A DNA stretch of 63,272 nucleotides, filler included, from Octopus bimaculoides (GCF_001194135.2; 5 parts of 5 records of this genome joined end to end with filler, not necessarily neighbours in it); one strand, 5' to 3'. Numbered from the whole stretch's first letter, positions 27,184-39,061 are shown. The notes: generated by a model from the sequence alone, not told the origin. Numbers and translations are program-made.

Positions 27184-27717
27184 CATATATGTAGACACAT
27201 ACACACACAACATATACACGCACACGCACACATGTATATAACTTTACAAATTTGCATTATCAACACGCTGAGAAAACACATTTTATGATATGAAATATGT
27301 TATTATTTAAAACATACTCATAATCAATAGAAATTCACCAATAAAATTCATCAAACGACAGCGGAAAACTATCGCACAAATGATACAGACAGCAATATAT
27401 CTGTTTATAGAAATAAACATATATTTCAGAACCACGTACTTCGCCATACACTTACATGTATATTTAAATACACATATAATAGCCAACAATACTTTAAGCA
27501 TAAGCGGAAATAATATATACATAATTCTGTAGTATATATTTCCATGAAGTGCAATTCATAATTCCAGTAGAATGTTTCGTACAATTCAAATTCCGAATTC
27601 CGCATTGACGCATGTGCTTACATAAACACAAACACGTCTTTCCCTTTCTGCCCTCTATCGCATGTTATAATATATGTGTGTGTAAACACAGGAATGTATA
27701 TAGATTAATACATAAAT

Positions 27718-28790
27718 AGATAAGTAGACAGATGGATAGATAGATAGATAAATAGATAGATAAATAGATAGATAGATAGATAGATAGGTTTCTTTATTAG
27801 CCACACAGGGCTCAACACAGAGGGGACAAAATACAAATGTAGAGTTTTTCTTTTCGAGGGGGTCGAAAACAAAGCAGAAAAAAAAACAAAAGTGGGGACA
27901 ACGATGAAAAAAAACATCGCAAAACGTTTGGGGTATTTACACAAAATACGAAATAATACAAAAAATTCCCAATAAATGGGGAGGTTATCCGTGGAAAGAA
28001 AAACCTACGAAAAGACCACGGTAACCTCGGTCTTTAGTGTCACAGGAAACCACATGGGGGAAGCAGTATTCGAGGTGTGGCCGTACAAAGGCGGGGAAAA
28101 GTGGAATGATGACACCTTGTTCTCTGGATCGGAAGATTCTTAAGATCCAAGAGTTCATAATACGGGCCATATTGACCTTGTTGTTGATGTGGGCACTTCA
28201 GCTGAGATTGTTATCAACAATCTCCTAGGTCGCTGATATTATTAGATGCTGTGAGCGGTACCGCTGAAGGCAGAGAGTATGGCTGTTTTAGTATAGTCTT
28301 TCTTCCAAATGCATCAGCTCAAATTTTCCCTCGTTTAGTTACATTTTGTTTTTATCTGCACATTGACTCACCGCATATAGATCAGACTGGAGTTGGGTTC
28401 GGTCTTCTTCTTCATTGATGATTTGATGGAGCTTAGTGTCATCAGCAAATATTTTCACCTTGCAGTGTTTTACGACGCCGGAACGGTCGTTTATGTAGAT
28501 TAGAAAGAGGAGCGGGCTCAAGACAGTCCTCTGAGGGATACCAATGAGAATTTTTGCTGGGCTTGACTGGACTCCATCGACCGCAACATGTGTTCTATTC
28601 GCCAGGAAATACTCAATCCAGTATAGACATCTTCCACGGATTCCAATATTTGACAATTTTGAGAGTAAGATATTATGGTCAACCCTGACGAACGCTTTAA
28701 TGGAGTCAAGATATACGACATCAGAGTTCGAACCTGTTCCCAAAGCTTTAAGTATATCCTCAATGTGGTATAAGAGCTGTGTTAGACAGT
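27718..28790 (-). mobile_element. 5'-truncated CR1-clade LINE (RT pseudogene, 3' UTR and (TCTA)n tail)
   Basis: ORF 28339..28743 has VYLDSIKAFVRVDH, GIPQRTVLSPLLFLIYIND and KIFADDTKL; ORF 27985..28170 has IPLFPAFVRPHLEYC; tetranucleotide tail at 27718-27787. Confidence 0.92.
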
Positions 28791-28878
28791 CTCTGTATAT
28801 ATATGTGCGTGTGTGTATATATATATATATATATNNNNNNNNNNNNNNNNNNNNNNNNNNNNNNNNNNNNNNNNNNNN

Positions 28879-28890
28879 TTAATTAATTAA
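28879..28890. other. Assembly gap linker TTAATTAATTAA (also 34119-34130, 51973-51984, 59564-59575)
   Basis: Identical palindromic all-frame-stop 12-mer centred in N runs (44N+12+44N = 100 counted at the first site). Confidence 0.95.
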
Positions 28891-28934
28891 NNNNNNNNNN
28901 NNNNNNNNNNNNNNNNNNNNNNNNNNNNNNNNNN

Positions 28935-28972
<38 letters not shown>

Positions 28973-29009
28973 TGTATATATATATGCATACATATATGTA
29001 TGCATAGGA

Positions 29010-29139
29010 GTTATTCTTTGTAGGCCTAGTATTTGTTCTATCGTTCTCCTCTGCCGAACCGGCAAGTTACGGGGAAGTAAACACACGACCACCTGTTGTC
29101 AAGTGATTTTGGAGGGACAAACACAGACACACAAACACA
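29010..29139 (-). mobile_element. SINE family B, partial 3' part
   Basis: ggcctagtatttgttctatcg..gccgaacc..gttacgggga..ggacaaacacagac. Confidence 0.8.
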
Positions 29140-29319
29140 TATATATATATATTTCTATCCCTCTGCCTCTACCTCTCTCTCTTCTCTCCCTACGTGACCG
29201 GTGTTCAGCCAAGCTTAATAAAACCCGTTTACATATTTCTTTTACATTCTCTTTCTTTATAATTGTCATTTTACTTGTAACTACACCTTTTCTGCTTTAA
29301 AATCCATAAAAAATTATTT

Positions 29320-30180
29320 TTAAGTGGTTTTGTAGGGCTGGAACGGATTAATTAATTTAGTTAATTTCAATGATCCCAAGATCCCAAGTCCAGCCATACT
29401 TTGCTCCAGACTGGTCGTTATGTATCCTGTTGCTTCAATAATAACGGGTAAGAAACTGAAAGTGCATCTTGGGTAATGGACCTGGAAACTCTTTATCAAC
29501 GATCCATATATATCCCCTTTCTCTTGTATTTTTCGGACCACATTGGTGTCCAAAGAGCAGCTGACTTCCACAACAGAACACAACTCTCCTTCGTGGTCCC
29601 ACACAACAATATCTGACCGGTTGTGTTTTAACTTGGTGGCTGTTTTAAATTTTACATTCCACCAATAATATTCTTTTGACCCATCGGTCTCAATATAGTC
29701 ACCTTCGTCTGTAGGTGTTTTCTTTTTCGTTATCCTCTTCCAGATTGTTCTGGCCACCGCGTCATGCCTCATCGGAAGAGAATATCTGGAAGACATTCTC
29801 TCCCAGTTGGCAATAATCTGGTTGATGTCTTCAGGCTTGGTCTTGTACAGCCTCCATTTGTTGTCTGTCAACGTTTTCTGCCTCTTATGCTGCAAAGACT
29901 TGGAGCCGAACTCTTGTTCTTGGATGTAGCCTTCGAAATGGAATGTCATAAGCTTGTCGGTATTCCATGTCAAGCTCTGGACATGATAAATTTCTTCTTT
30001 GGTTCGTGTTCTTCGTGTCAAATACCCATGTACTCTCTTCTCGGTGAACTTATCCATTTTCTTTTATTTTGTTCTTCTGATAAGTAGATTCTACCTATGC
30101 TCCTTGGGGAGAGATCTGCATCATACCTGTCCTCAAGTTCATTAGCTATCCTAATTAGGTTATTGATTTCATGGTCACAA
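29320..30180 (-). mobile_element. R4/Dong-type non-LTR retrotransposon 3' fragment (decayed zinc knuckle plus restriction-like endonuclease)
   Basis: ORF 29320..30057: MRHDAVA, YWWNVKFKT..KHNRSDIVV, VVEVSCSLDTN, FLPVIIEATG; CCHC knuckle eroded (KWRLYK..EDINQI); frameshifted upstream continuation to ~30180. Confidence 0.85.
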
Positions 30181-30701
30181 GAATGTATGCATGTAGGTCG
30201 GTCGGTCGGTCGGTCAGTCGGTCGGTAGGTAAACATGGATACGCGCGCGCACACACACACATGTTATGCCTTTACAAATAATTACATAAGCAAAAATAAG
30301 TGTTCTCTAAGCTTCTGTAACATAATCTTTGGTCCCAACTCCAGAATACTCTTATGATTTGCTTGGTTAAATGACTCTACCATGTATATGATTATTATTA
30401 AATTATTCTTTTAGTCACGAGGCAAATACTGGCGTTTAATATCTCATGAGACCTAAGGTTATCAGAAATAAGTTTACCACTTCTGTTATTCCGGATTCTT
30501 TGACCTGCTATTTTCAGCAACCAAACTCCTCCCAAAGCACGCGACCAAATTAGTGTTTCTATATTTAATGTAAAGAGGATTAAATCATTGGTTAGAGATT
30601 ACTTTGCAAAATTAAATAAAAATTATTTTTGCTTTGGGGAAAATACAAGATTAGGTCAATGAAATGACTAATATTATTTTAATTATTACAGCTAGCACGG
30701 G

Positions 30702-30747
30702 AGGACAACTGTGGTTATGTTTCGATACTGTTATGACCTCGTCAGCT
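30702..30747 (-). ncRNA. Hammerhead-like motif
   Basis: AG-CUGACGA-GGU..AUC-GAA-ACA(UA)AC-CACA-GUUGU-C-CU: canonical core, 3-bp stem II, bulged 5-bp stem III, GUC triplet; stem I only 2 bp. Confidence 0.4.
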
Positions 30748-31077
30748 AAGCAAAAAAAAAATCAGTGTACTGGCTGAAGTAGAGATGAGAGAATCATTAA
30801 GTGGGTACATTACATCTCAGTGTCTTTTAAATTGTGTGGTGGGGACATGTTGAATAATATTGCTCTTTAACAGTAGTTGTTCATGTGGGACTAAACGTGT
30901 GCTACCAAACATAAGTACTACTTTCGATTCATTCCACAACAAAAAGACAATCTTCAAGGTGTTGCTCTAGCATGGGCGCAGTCTAATAAGTGAAACAAGT
31001 AAAATATAAAAGACAGAAATTAAAAGATATAAGAAAAACAAACAAAAAACACTTAGCGTTGACGCCGGAAGAGTGTT

Positions 31078-31712
31078 CTTTTCCACTCTAGGCACAAGGC
31101 CCGAAATTTTGGGGGAAGCGGACAGTCGATTAGATCGACCCCAGTACGTAACTGGTACTTAATTTATCGACCCCGAAAGAATGAAAGACAAAGTCGACCT
31201 TGGCGGAACTTGAACTCAGAACGTAAAGACAAACGAAATACCGCTAAGATTTCGCCCGACGTGCTAACGTTTCTTAATTCTTTATTGCCCACAAGGGGCT
31301 AAACATAGAGGGGACAAACAAGGACAAACAAAGGGATTAAGTCGATTACATCGACCCCAGTGCATAATTGGTACTTTATTTATCGACTCAGAAAGGATGA
31401 AAAGCAAAGTCGACCTCGGCGGAATTTGAACTCAGAACGTAACGGCAGACGAAATACCTCAGCGCGCTAACCTTTCTTATTTCTTTATTACCCACAGGAG
31501 GCTACACACAGAGGGGACAAACAAGGACAGACAAAGGGATTAAGTCGATTATATCGACCCCAGTGCTTAACTAGTACTTATTTAATCGAACCCGAAAGGA
31601 TGAAAGGCAAAGTCGACCTCGGCGGAATTTGAACTCAGAACGTAACGGCAGACGAAATACCGCTAAGCATTTCGCCCGGGGTGCTAACGTTTCTGCCAGC
31701 TCGCTGCCTTGA
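31078..31712 (-). mobile_element. SINE family A head-to-tail trimer with 19-bp TSD
   Basis: Three units; ttgacgccggaagagtgtt at 31059-31077 and 31713-31731. Confidence 0.93.
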
Positions 31713-32006
31713 TTGACGCCGGAAGAGTGTTGGCGATTCTTCGGATTTCCCTTTAACCGCTTGACACAGGTTTATCGTTCAATCTATGTAAAAGCCACAT
31801 CCTACGAGGCCAGGTGTTGCTGTGTTGATAGATAAGACACAATGATAGGGGTTTAAAGAGGTGTCGATTGCATCTGCCGATCCCACACATGGACAATTAT
31901 ACACTGCTCTTAACAGAATGAGCAATCCCTCACTGATGAGAATATTTGCAGGTCATATAGAAGTCAAACGCGCAACCGGGAAAACATACATCCTGATCCC
32001 AAATAG

Positions 32007-32065
32007 GGAATATTGATTAGGAATATTGATTTGGAATATTGATTAGGAATATTGATTGGAAATAT
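32007..32065. repeat. 13-bp minisatellite (ggaatattgatt[a/t]) x4-5
   Basis: Directly visible. Confidence 0.85.
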
Positions 32066-32121
32066 TTTTTCAAAGTTTCGTTGTATTTAAAGGCTGTTAT
32101 TTCTTCTTCTTTTTTTTTCAA

Positions 32122-32340
32122 TTCTTTTACTTGTTTCAGTCATTTGACTGCGGCCATACTAGAGCACCGCCTTGAAGGGTTTTCAATCGAACAAATGGAC
32201 GCTTGGACTTATTTCTTAAACCTAGTACTTAATCTATTATGAGTCTCCTTTGCTGAACCGCTAGGTTACAGGGACGTAAGCACACCAGCACCAGTTGTCA
32301 GATGGTGATAGGGAGAACAGAGACACAGATACACATACAC
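32122..32340 (-). mobile_element. SINE family B, 3' part
   Basis: tttcagtcatttgactgcggccat..gaaccgctaggttac. Confidence 0.85.
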
Positions 32341-32375
32341 ACAAACACACACACACACACAAACGCATGCACACG

Positions 32376-32403
<28 letters not shown>

Positions 32404-32406
<3 letters not shown>

Positions 32407-32830
32407 CATCATCATCATCATCAACTAACGTCCGCTTTCCATGCTGGACTGTTTGATTGAAAACTAGTAAGCCGGGTGGGGGGCTGCACCAAGTTCCGAT
32501 CTGATTTGGCGAGGGTTCCACAGCTGGATGCCCTTCCTAATGCCAACGGCTCCGAGAGAATGCAGTGATTGTTCTTTACGTGCCACCGGCACCGGTGTCA
32601 TTGACCTGACAACGGCATCAGCCACGACTAACGGTCTCACATGGCTTGACAGGTCTACACAAGCACGGTGTATGGTCAAAAGTCTTGGTCACATGTCATT
32701 ACCTCTCTGAGGCCCAACACTCAAACGGTGCCTTTTACGTGCCAGTCAGACGGCACTAGCTTCGGTCACGACTGCGATTTCACACGGTTCGACAGGTTTT
32801 CACAAGCACAGCATGTCGCCCATCGATCGA
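32404..32830 (-). mobile_element. SINE or short element with RTE-type 3' tail and (GAT)n end
   Basis: (ATC)n followed by ..aacgtccgctttccatgct..ctggatgcccttcctaatgccaac, a motif I recall from RTE-related SINE tails. Confidence 0.6.
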
Positions 32831-33880
32831 AGGGTGCTTTTATCTGAAATTACTAGGGTCAAAAGTCTTGATGACTTCGAGGGTAGAACGGGGGCGGAAG
32901 TCAATTTTTTTTTTTTATATGTTCACAAATAAAATTGGACAGTTTGGAAACGGGACCCAAGTCTAAGCATGACATCCATTTATATTTCATAATATAGCTC
33001 ATACGTCCACCGGCGGCTCTCCTCTGCGATAAATACCCCCCGGGGTTTTCTATACTGCCTTTGTCCTGAATACCAGCAGCCTTCGCATCCATCAAGATAA
33101 ACATCCTGAATCACTCGCAACAAATTAACTACTCGGATACGATGTAATGCCAACGACGGTAAACTTAGACAGTTTGAGGACGGGGCCCAAATCTAAATAT
33201 GAAATCCATTTACATTTAATAATGTAGCTTATACATATACCTTGAATAAATTTTTAATAATGTTTTATACATAATATCATTAGAAAGGTAAGATATCAGT
33301 TTCCACGTAATATGTCATATTTTGATTAAACGCACATCCGGTTTCAAAACAAGGCCGCCATTTGCATTTTATTGTTTACCCTACAGGTATTACGTTTCAT
33401 GTAGGGGATAAAAGCAAAGCATTGAACAGGATGACAAGTAAATAAAATGAAAAACTCCAAAAAACATCAGTATTTTTTTTTTTAAAGTAATGCACAAATA
33501 ATGAAACTCGTCATGTTACATTGATACGTGAAGGTGAAATTCAAGTCTCGCGTAAAGATAACGTTTTGAGCTTACTTTCCCAAAAACATTCCCAGCAATT
33601 TCAATGAATTTTTCATTCGTGGCGTGTCGTGTCTGCATTTTAAAAAAAAAGCTTTCAAATTTTAGCGATGTTCTAATTTTGGAATTTGGGAATTTTGGAA
33701 TTCAGCTGTGCTAATGAAAAACAAAAATTATATAACCCCCAAGTTGTTAACTAAAAAGTAGTCCAAAGGTATTAGGAGATAAAAATAACATTATCGTTAT
33801 GTGAAGTTTTAGTTGCAAAGTCTAAAAGGACCGGATGATAGTATAAAGCAGAAAGGTACGAGTGATAAAATAAATATGCT

Positions 33881-34048
33881 CAGGAGTGGCTGTGTGGTAA
33901 GAAGCTTTCTTCCCAACGACATAGTTCTGGGTTCAGTCCCATTGCGTGGCACCTTGGGCAAATGTCTTCTACTATAGCCTCGGTCCGACCAAAGCCTTGT
34001 GAGTGGATTTGGTAAACGGAAACTCGGAAACTGAAAGAAACCCGTCGC
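33881..34048 (+). mobile_element. SINE family B, 5' head
   Basis: caggagtggctgtgtggtaagaagc..ggttcagtccc..ccttgggcaa. Confidence 0.88.
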
Positions 34049-34181
34049 GTATATATATATATATATATATATATNNNNNNNNNNNNNNNNNNNNNNNNNN
34101 NNNNNNNNNNNNNNNNNNTTAATTAATTAANNNNNNNNNNNNNNNNNNNNNNNNNNNNNNNNNNNNNNNNNNNNTATATAT

Positions 34182-34225
<44 letters not shown>

Positions 34226-34365
34226 GCTTTTTTTCAGTTTCCGTCTACCAAATCCACTCACAAGGCTTTGGTCGGCCCAAGGCTCCAGTAGAAGACACTT
34301 GACCAAGGTGCCACGCAGTGAGACTGAACCCGGAACCATGTGGTTGGTAAGCAAGCTTCTTACCA
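34226..34365 (-). mobile_element. SINE family B, 5' head
   Basis: Reverse complement of 33881-34048. Confidence 0.88.
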
Positions 34366-34590
34366 GACTTTTCAGACGCAGATCCATGGCCTCCCGAGAC
34401 TAACGGATGTCTCTAATACACACGTACATATATACAAACGCACATACATACGTACAGACATACCTACATACGTATGTATGCATGTATGCATGTATGTATG
34501 TATGTATGGATGGATGGATGGATGGATGGATGGATGGATGGATGGATTATGTATGTATGTGATGTACGGATGTATGTGTATGTATGTACA

Positions 34591-34775
34591 TACTTTTGTT
34601 TCAGTCATTAGACTACGTCCATGCTGGGGCACCGCCTTGTAAAATTTTAGTCGAAAAGATCGAATCCAGTATCTTTTATTTAAACCCTAGTACTTTTTGT
34701 ATCGGTCTCGTTTGTCGAACAGCTAAGATACGGGAACGTAAACATACCAACACCGGTTGTCAAGCTGTGGTGGTA
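34591..34775 (-). mobile_element. SINE family B, 3' part
   Basis: Homologous to 2012-2205 and 32122-32340. Confidence 0.85.
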
Positions 34776-34776
34776 T

Positions 34777-34827
<51 letters not shown>

Positions 34828-35391
34828 TGACTGATAGATATTTAACTCTGTTCCGTTGATAATGGTTGTCATTTTAAACTTAATGGAATAACATAAAGTC
34901 TGCTAAATATCTGTTTCTTGAACGGCAATTGGTCGAAATATAAACGAAGTCTCCTTTTCTACAAAGCACTTAATTATATTTTGTAGGTTTCTGATTTTGT
35001 GCTTCCGTTCTTTGATTCTTTGATCTATGGACCTATCCTCAAGCGTTAACGAAGAATCCGTCTTGGATTAAATTTAGATTTATTTTATTGTTATACCAAC
35101 TAAATTACCGCTCTGTATCTTTAGTTATACCAACTGTATTTAAATTTGAATTCTTTTCTTACTATTTGTTGTCTTGTGTAAATTTGAAATTCTTAATTTT
35201 TACATTTAAAAGCAGGCACGCGTATATAGGATGCTCTCTCGAACCGACTCGTGCACATGCGTAAAGCTACACCCATAAACTTACATGCACGAGCACCCAC
35301 GCAGACACACAGGTAGTCCCCCCACACACACATACATACATACATACATGCACACATAGATACACACATACATACGAATACATATATACAC

Positions 35392-35783
35392 AAGAGTGGC
35401 TGTGTGGTAAGAAGCTTGCTTCCCAACCACATGGTTCCGAGTTCAGTCTCACTGCGTGACACCTTGGGCAGGTGTCTTCTACTATAGCCTCAAGCCGACA
35501 AAAGCCTTGCGAAATGGATTTGGTAGACGGAAACTGAAAGAAGCCCGTCGTATATATGTGTATAAGTATGTATGTGTTTGTCTTTGTCTTTTCCCCCACC
35601 ATCGATTGACAACCGATGTTGGTGTGTTTATAGCCCCGTCACTTAGCGGTTCGGCAAAACGAGACCGACAGAATAAATACTAGGCTTACGAAGAATAAGT
35701 CCTGGGGTCAATTTATTCGACTAAAGGTGGTGCTCTAGCATGGCTGCATTCAAATGACTGAAACAAGTAAAAGAGTAAAAGAA
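35392..35783 (+). mobile_element. SINE family B, full-length copy
   Basis: A-box tggctgtgtgg, B-box gagttcagtc, CORE-like segment, internal (TG) tract, 3' end aatgactgaaacaagtaaaagagtaaaaga. Confidence 0.9.
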
Positions 35784-36092
35784 ATATAAAGTCATAGATA
35801 TCGAGAGAAATATAGTATGATAAAATGTATTCAACCATTGGAAATTCTTATTTCAGAACAATTGTTTCGCAGCTTAAACATGTATTGATAATTTATTTTA
35901 TTATATTTTATAACAAGTAAATTACTTAGATATCTGCATTAATATAACCAATCTTTAAATTAATACATATTTTGAGCTAACTCATCGGGTGAAAAGAAAA
36001 CCATGTTCAACAATAATCCCTCGACATAACATTTCAAGAACGCAAAGTCAGTATTTAAAAAAATAGCGTAAAAAATATGGAAGACAATAATA

Positions 36093-36712
36093 ATAAAATT
36101 AATAGAAATTAATAAGACAGTTTTCTAAAGGTGGGAAGAAAAGTTTAGTTAGATAATTAAAAAAAGTAACTAGTAAATAATATTGGTATAAGAAAAGGAA
36201 AGTGATGCATTTATCATTAATACCCTAGTTAATAAAAGATCGTGAAGATAGAGAAAAACTGTTAACAAAGTGAAACTGAATAAAAGTTCATAGAGATATT
36301 GCTTACGAAATATAGAGATTGATATCAACGAGAGAAATATGAACAATATTAAATTTAAAATTAGAAATTTGAAGATATAAGTAAATATTTAAAGAAAAGA
36401 ATCTTACAAAGAATGGAATAAGAATAAAATTAATAGAAACTAACAAGACGGTTTTCTAAGAGACGGGAAATTTAACAAGATCGTAAAAAGTAACTTGTAG
36501 ATAATTTTGGTACAAGAAAAACAAAAGCATATATTTACCGTTAATAACATAGAAAATAAAAGATCGTAAAGAAAGAGAAAAAGTAGTAACAAAGTGAAAC
36601 TAAATAAAAGTTCATAGAGACAAAGTTTACGAAATATAAGGGTTGATGTCAACAAGAAAATTATGAACAACATTAAGTTAAAGATTAAAGGTTCAAATAT
36701 ATAAGTAAATAG
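36093..36712. repeat. Diverged tandem duplication, period ~331 bp, strongly A/purine-skewed
   Basis: ataaaattaatagaaa at 36093 and 36424; colinear blocks such as aacaaagtgaaact(g/a)aataaaagttcatagaga. Confidence 0.85.
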
Positions 36713-36779
36713 AGAATAGGTTATTATAAAGGATAAGAGTAATATAATTTAGTATTGTAGATGGGGATAGATTAAAGTA

Positions 36780-37974
36780 TTGGGTTGGCAACTAAGTTCT
36801 CACGGTTTTTTTAAATTTTGGAATTAATTGCGTTTTTAAATTTTGGAATCTATTTTTTTTCGAAAATTCTATTTTTGAATCATTTTGGAATCTATTTTTT
36901 TTTCTAGTTAATTTTAGTTAATTTTAGTTAATTTTTGTTTATTTTCAGATCATTAAAATGGAATGTCAAATTAAGAAAAATAAGCATTTTCGACACCTCC
37001 TTCTTTTTGCTTTTAATCAAGGTTCTAAGATCGCAAAAGCTGCNNNNNNNNNNNNNNNNNNNNNNNNNNNNNNNNNNNNNNNNNNNNNNNNNNNNNNNNN
37101 NNNNNNNNNNNNNNNNNNNNNNNNNNNNNNNNNNNNNNNNNNNNNNNNNNNNNNNNNNNNNNNNNNNNNNNNNNNNNNNNNNNNNNNNNNNNNNNNNNNN
37201 NNNNNNNNNNNNNNNNNNNNNNNNNNNNNNNNNNNNNNNNNNNNNNNNNNNNNNNNNNNNNNNNNNNNNNNNNNNNNNNNNNNNNNNNNNNNNNNNNNNN
37301 NNNNNNNNNNNNNNNNNNNNNNNNNNNNNNNNNNNNNNNNNNNNNNNNNNNNNNNNNNNNNNNNNNNNNNNNNNNNNNNNNNNNNNNNNNNNNNNNNNNN
37401 NNNNNNNNNNNNNNNNNNNNNNNNNNNNNNNNNNNNNNNNNNNNNNNNNNNNNNNNNNNNNNNNNNNNNNNNNNNNNNNNNNNNNNNNNNNNNNNNNNNN
37501 NNNNNNNNNNNNNNNNNNNNNNNNNNNNNNNNNNNNNNNNNNNNNNNNNNNNNNNNNNNNNNNNNNNNNNNNNNNNNNNNNNNNNNNNNNNNNNNNNNNN
37601 NNNNNNNNNNNNNCAACGCGGAACTCTATGTTCAACAGATGGAACGACTCAACACGGTTATTCAAGAGAAAACACCCGCCGTACTCTCCTGAGTTGGCAC
37701 CAACGGATTTCCACCTCTTTCGATCTCTTTCAAATGCTATGCGCGGAGTTTCGTTCATTACTGATGCAGAATTGAGAGCTTGGTTAGATCAATTTTTCGA
37801 GTCGAAATCGGGTGATTTCTACCAACGAGGTATTGAAAATCATGTTGAATGTTGAGAAGAAGTTGTAAACAACAAAGGTGAATACATTATTGATTAATTA
37901 GTTGTTATTTTTTTATTAAACTTTAAAAAAAATTTCAATTTAACAAAACGGCGGGAACTTAGTTGCCAACCTAA
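36780..37974 (+). mobile_element. Mariner DNA transposon (mellifera-subfamily-like), defective
   Basis: 30-bp TIRs 26/30 identical (ttgggttggcaactaagtt..), TA on both sides, N-terminus MECQIKKNKHFRHLLLFAF (36958), C-terminus HPPYSPELAPTDFHLFRSL; internal deletion, premature stop at 37853, central N gap. Confidence 0.93.
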
Positions 37975-39061
37975 TATATAAGGTAAATACATGGAAAAAT
38001 AATATTGATATGCATTCGTTGAAATATTGATATGCATTCGTTTGAAAATACGTACTTATTGTTATAATACAGCTAGATATACTAAAAATATAATTACACA
38101 TAAATGTCCTATAAACATTGCAGATAAGTTCAAATTTTGTACTGCCATTATATTCAAGGTGGTCGAATTGACTAGAAAAAATAGTTAGATATTATTATCA
38201 GGGGTGTAAATAATTAAAATCATTAAGAAGTAAAATAATAAAGTTAAGGCAATAGAAAAATAAGCATACATACATACATGCATACATATACACACACACN
38301 NNNNNNNNNNNNNNNNNNNNNNNNNNNNNNNNNNNNNNNNNNNNNNNNNNNNNNNNNNNNNNNNNNNNNNNNNNNNNNNNNNNNNNNNNNNNNNNNNNNN
38401 NNNNNNNNNNNNNNNNNNNNNNNNNNNNNNNNNNNNNNNNTATATATACATATACACACATGCAAGATCATACACAAATATGTACATATAAATTTATACA
38501 TGCATCTTATATTATTGAAATCAGTTTATAAACTGACACACGTATATACATATATAGATACACATACATATACACGTACACGTTAATACTGACATACGTT
38601 TACACATTCACAAGTACAAGCATAAGAATGTAGATGCATATGCATATATAGATAGATAGATATATATACACACACACTTAGGCACACACATATACACGAA
38701 TGCATCCATATATAGATACATATAAGTACATTTCTTCTCACCCGATGAGCTAGCTTAATATCTGCATTAATTTACATATTGTTTATATTAATGCACACAT
38801 GTAAGTAATTTACTTATAATATATAATACTATAAATTATCTTTGCATGTTCTAAGTTGCGAAACAATTGCTGTGGTATAAGAATTTTCAATGGTCAAATA
38901 AATTTTATCATACAATACTTTTCTCGTTACTTATAACTTTATACATTTCTTATGGTTTTCTCTTGCATCATTCTGTTTTGTGGAATAATACATTAAGGAG
39001 CTTTTTTATGAGTAGCACCGGATTAGTTGAATGCATATAATGTGACTTAAATTTCTCTCTC

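Noticed and set aside
36440-36673. Hydrophobic ORF suggesting a membrane protein or NUMT
   Set aside because: The paralogous copy has in-frame stops, substitutions lack third-position bias, and no mitochondrial motif was recognised.
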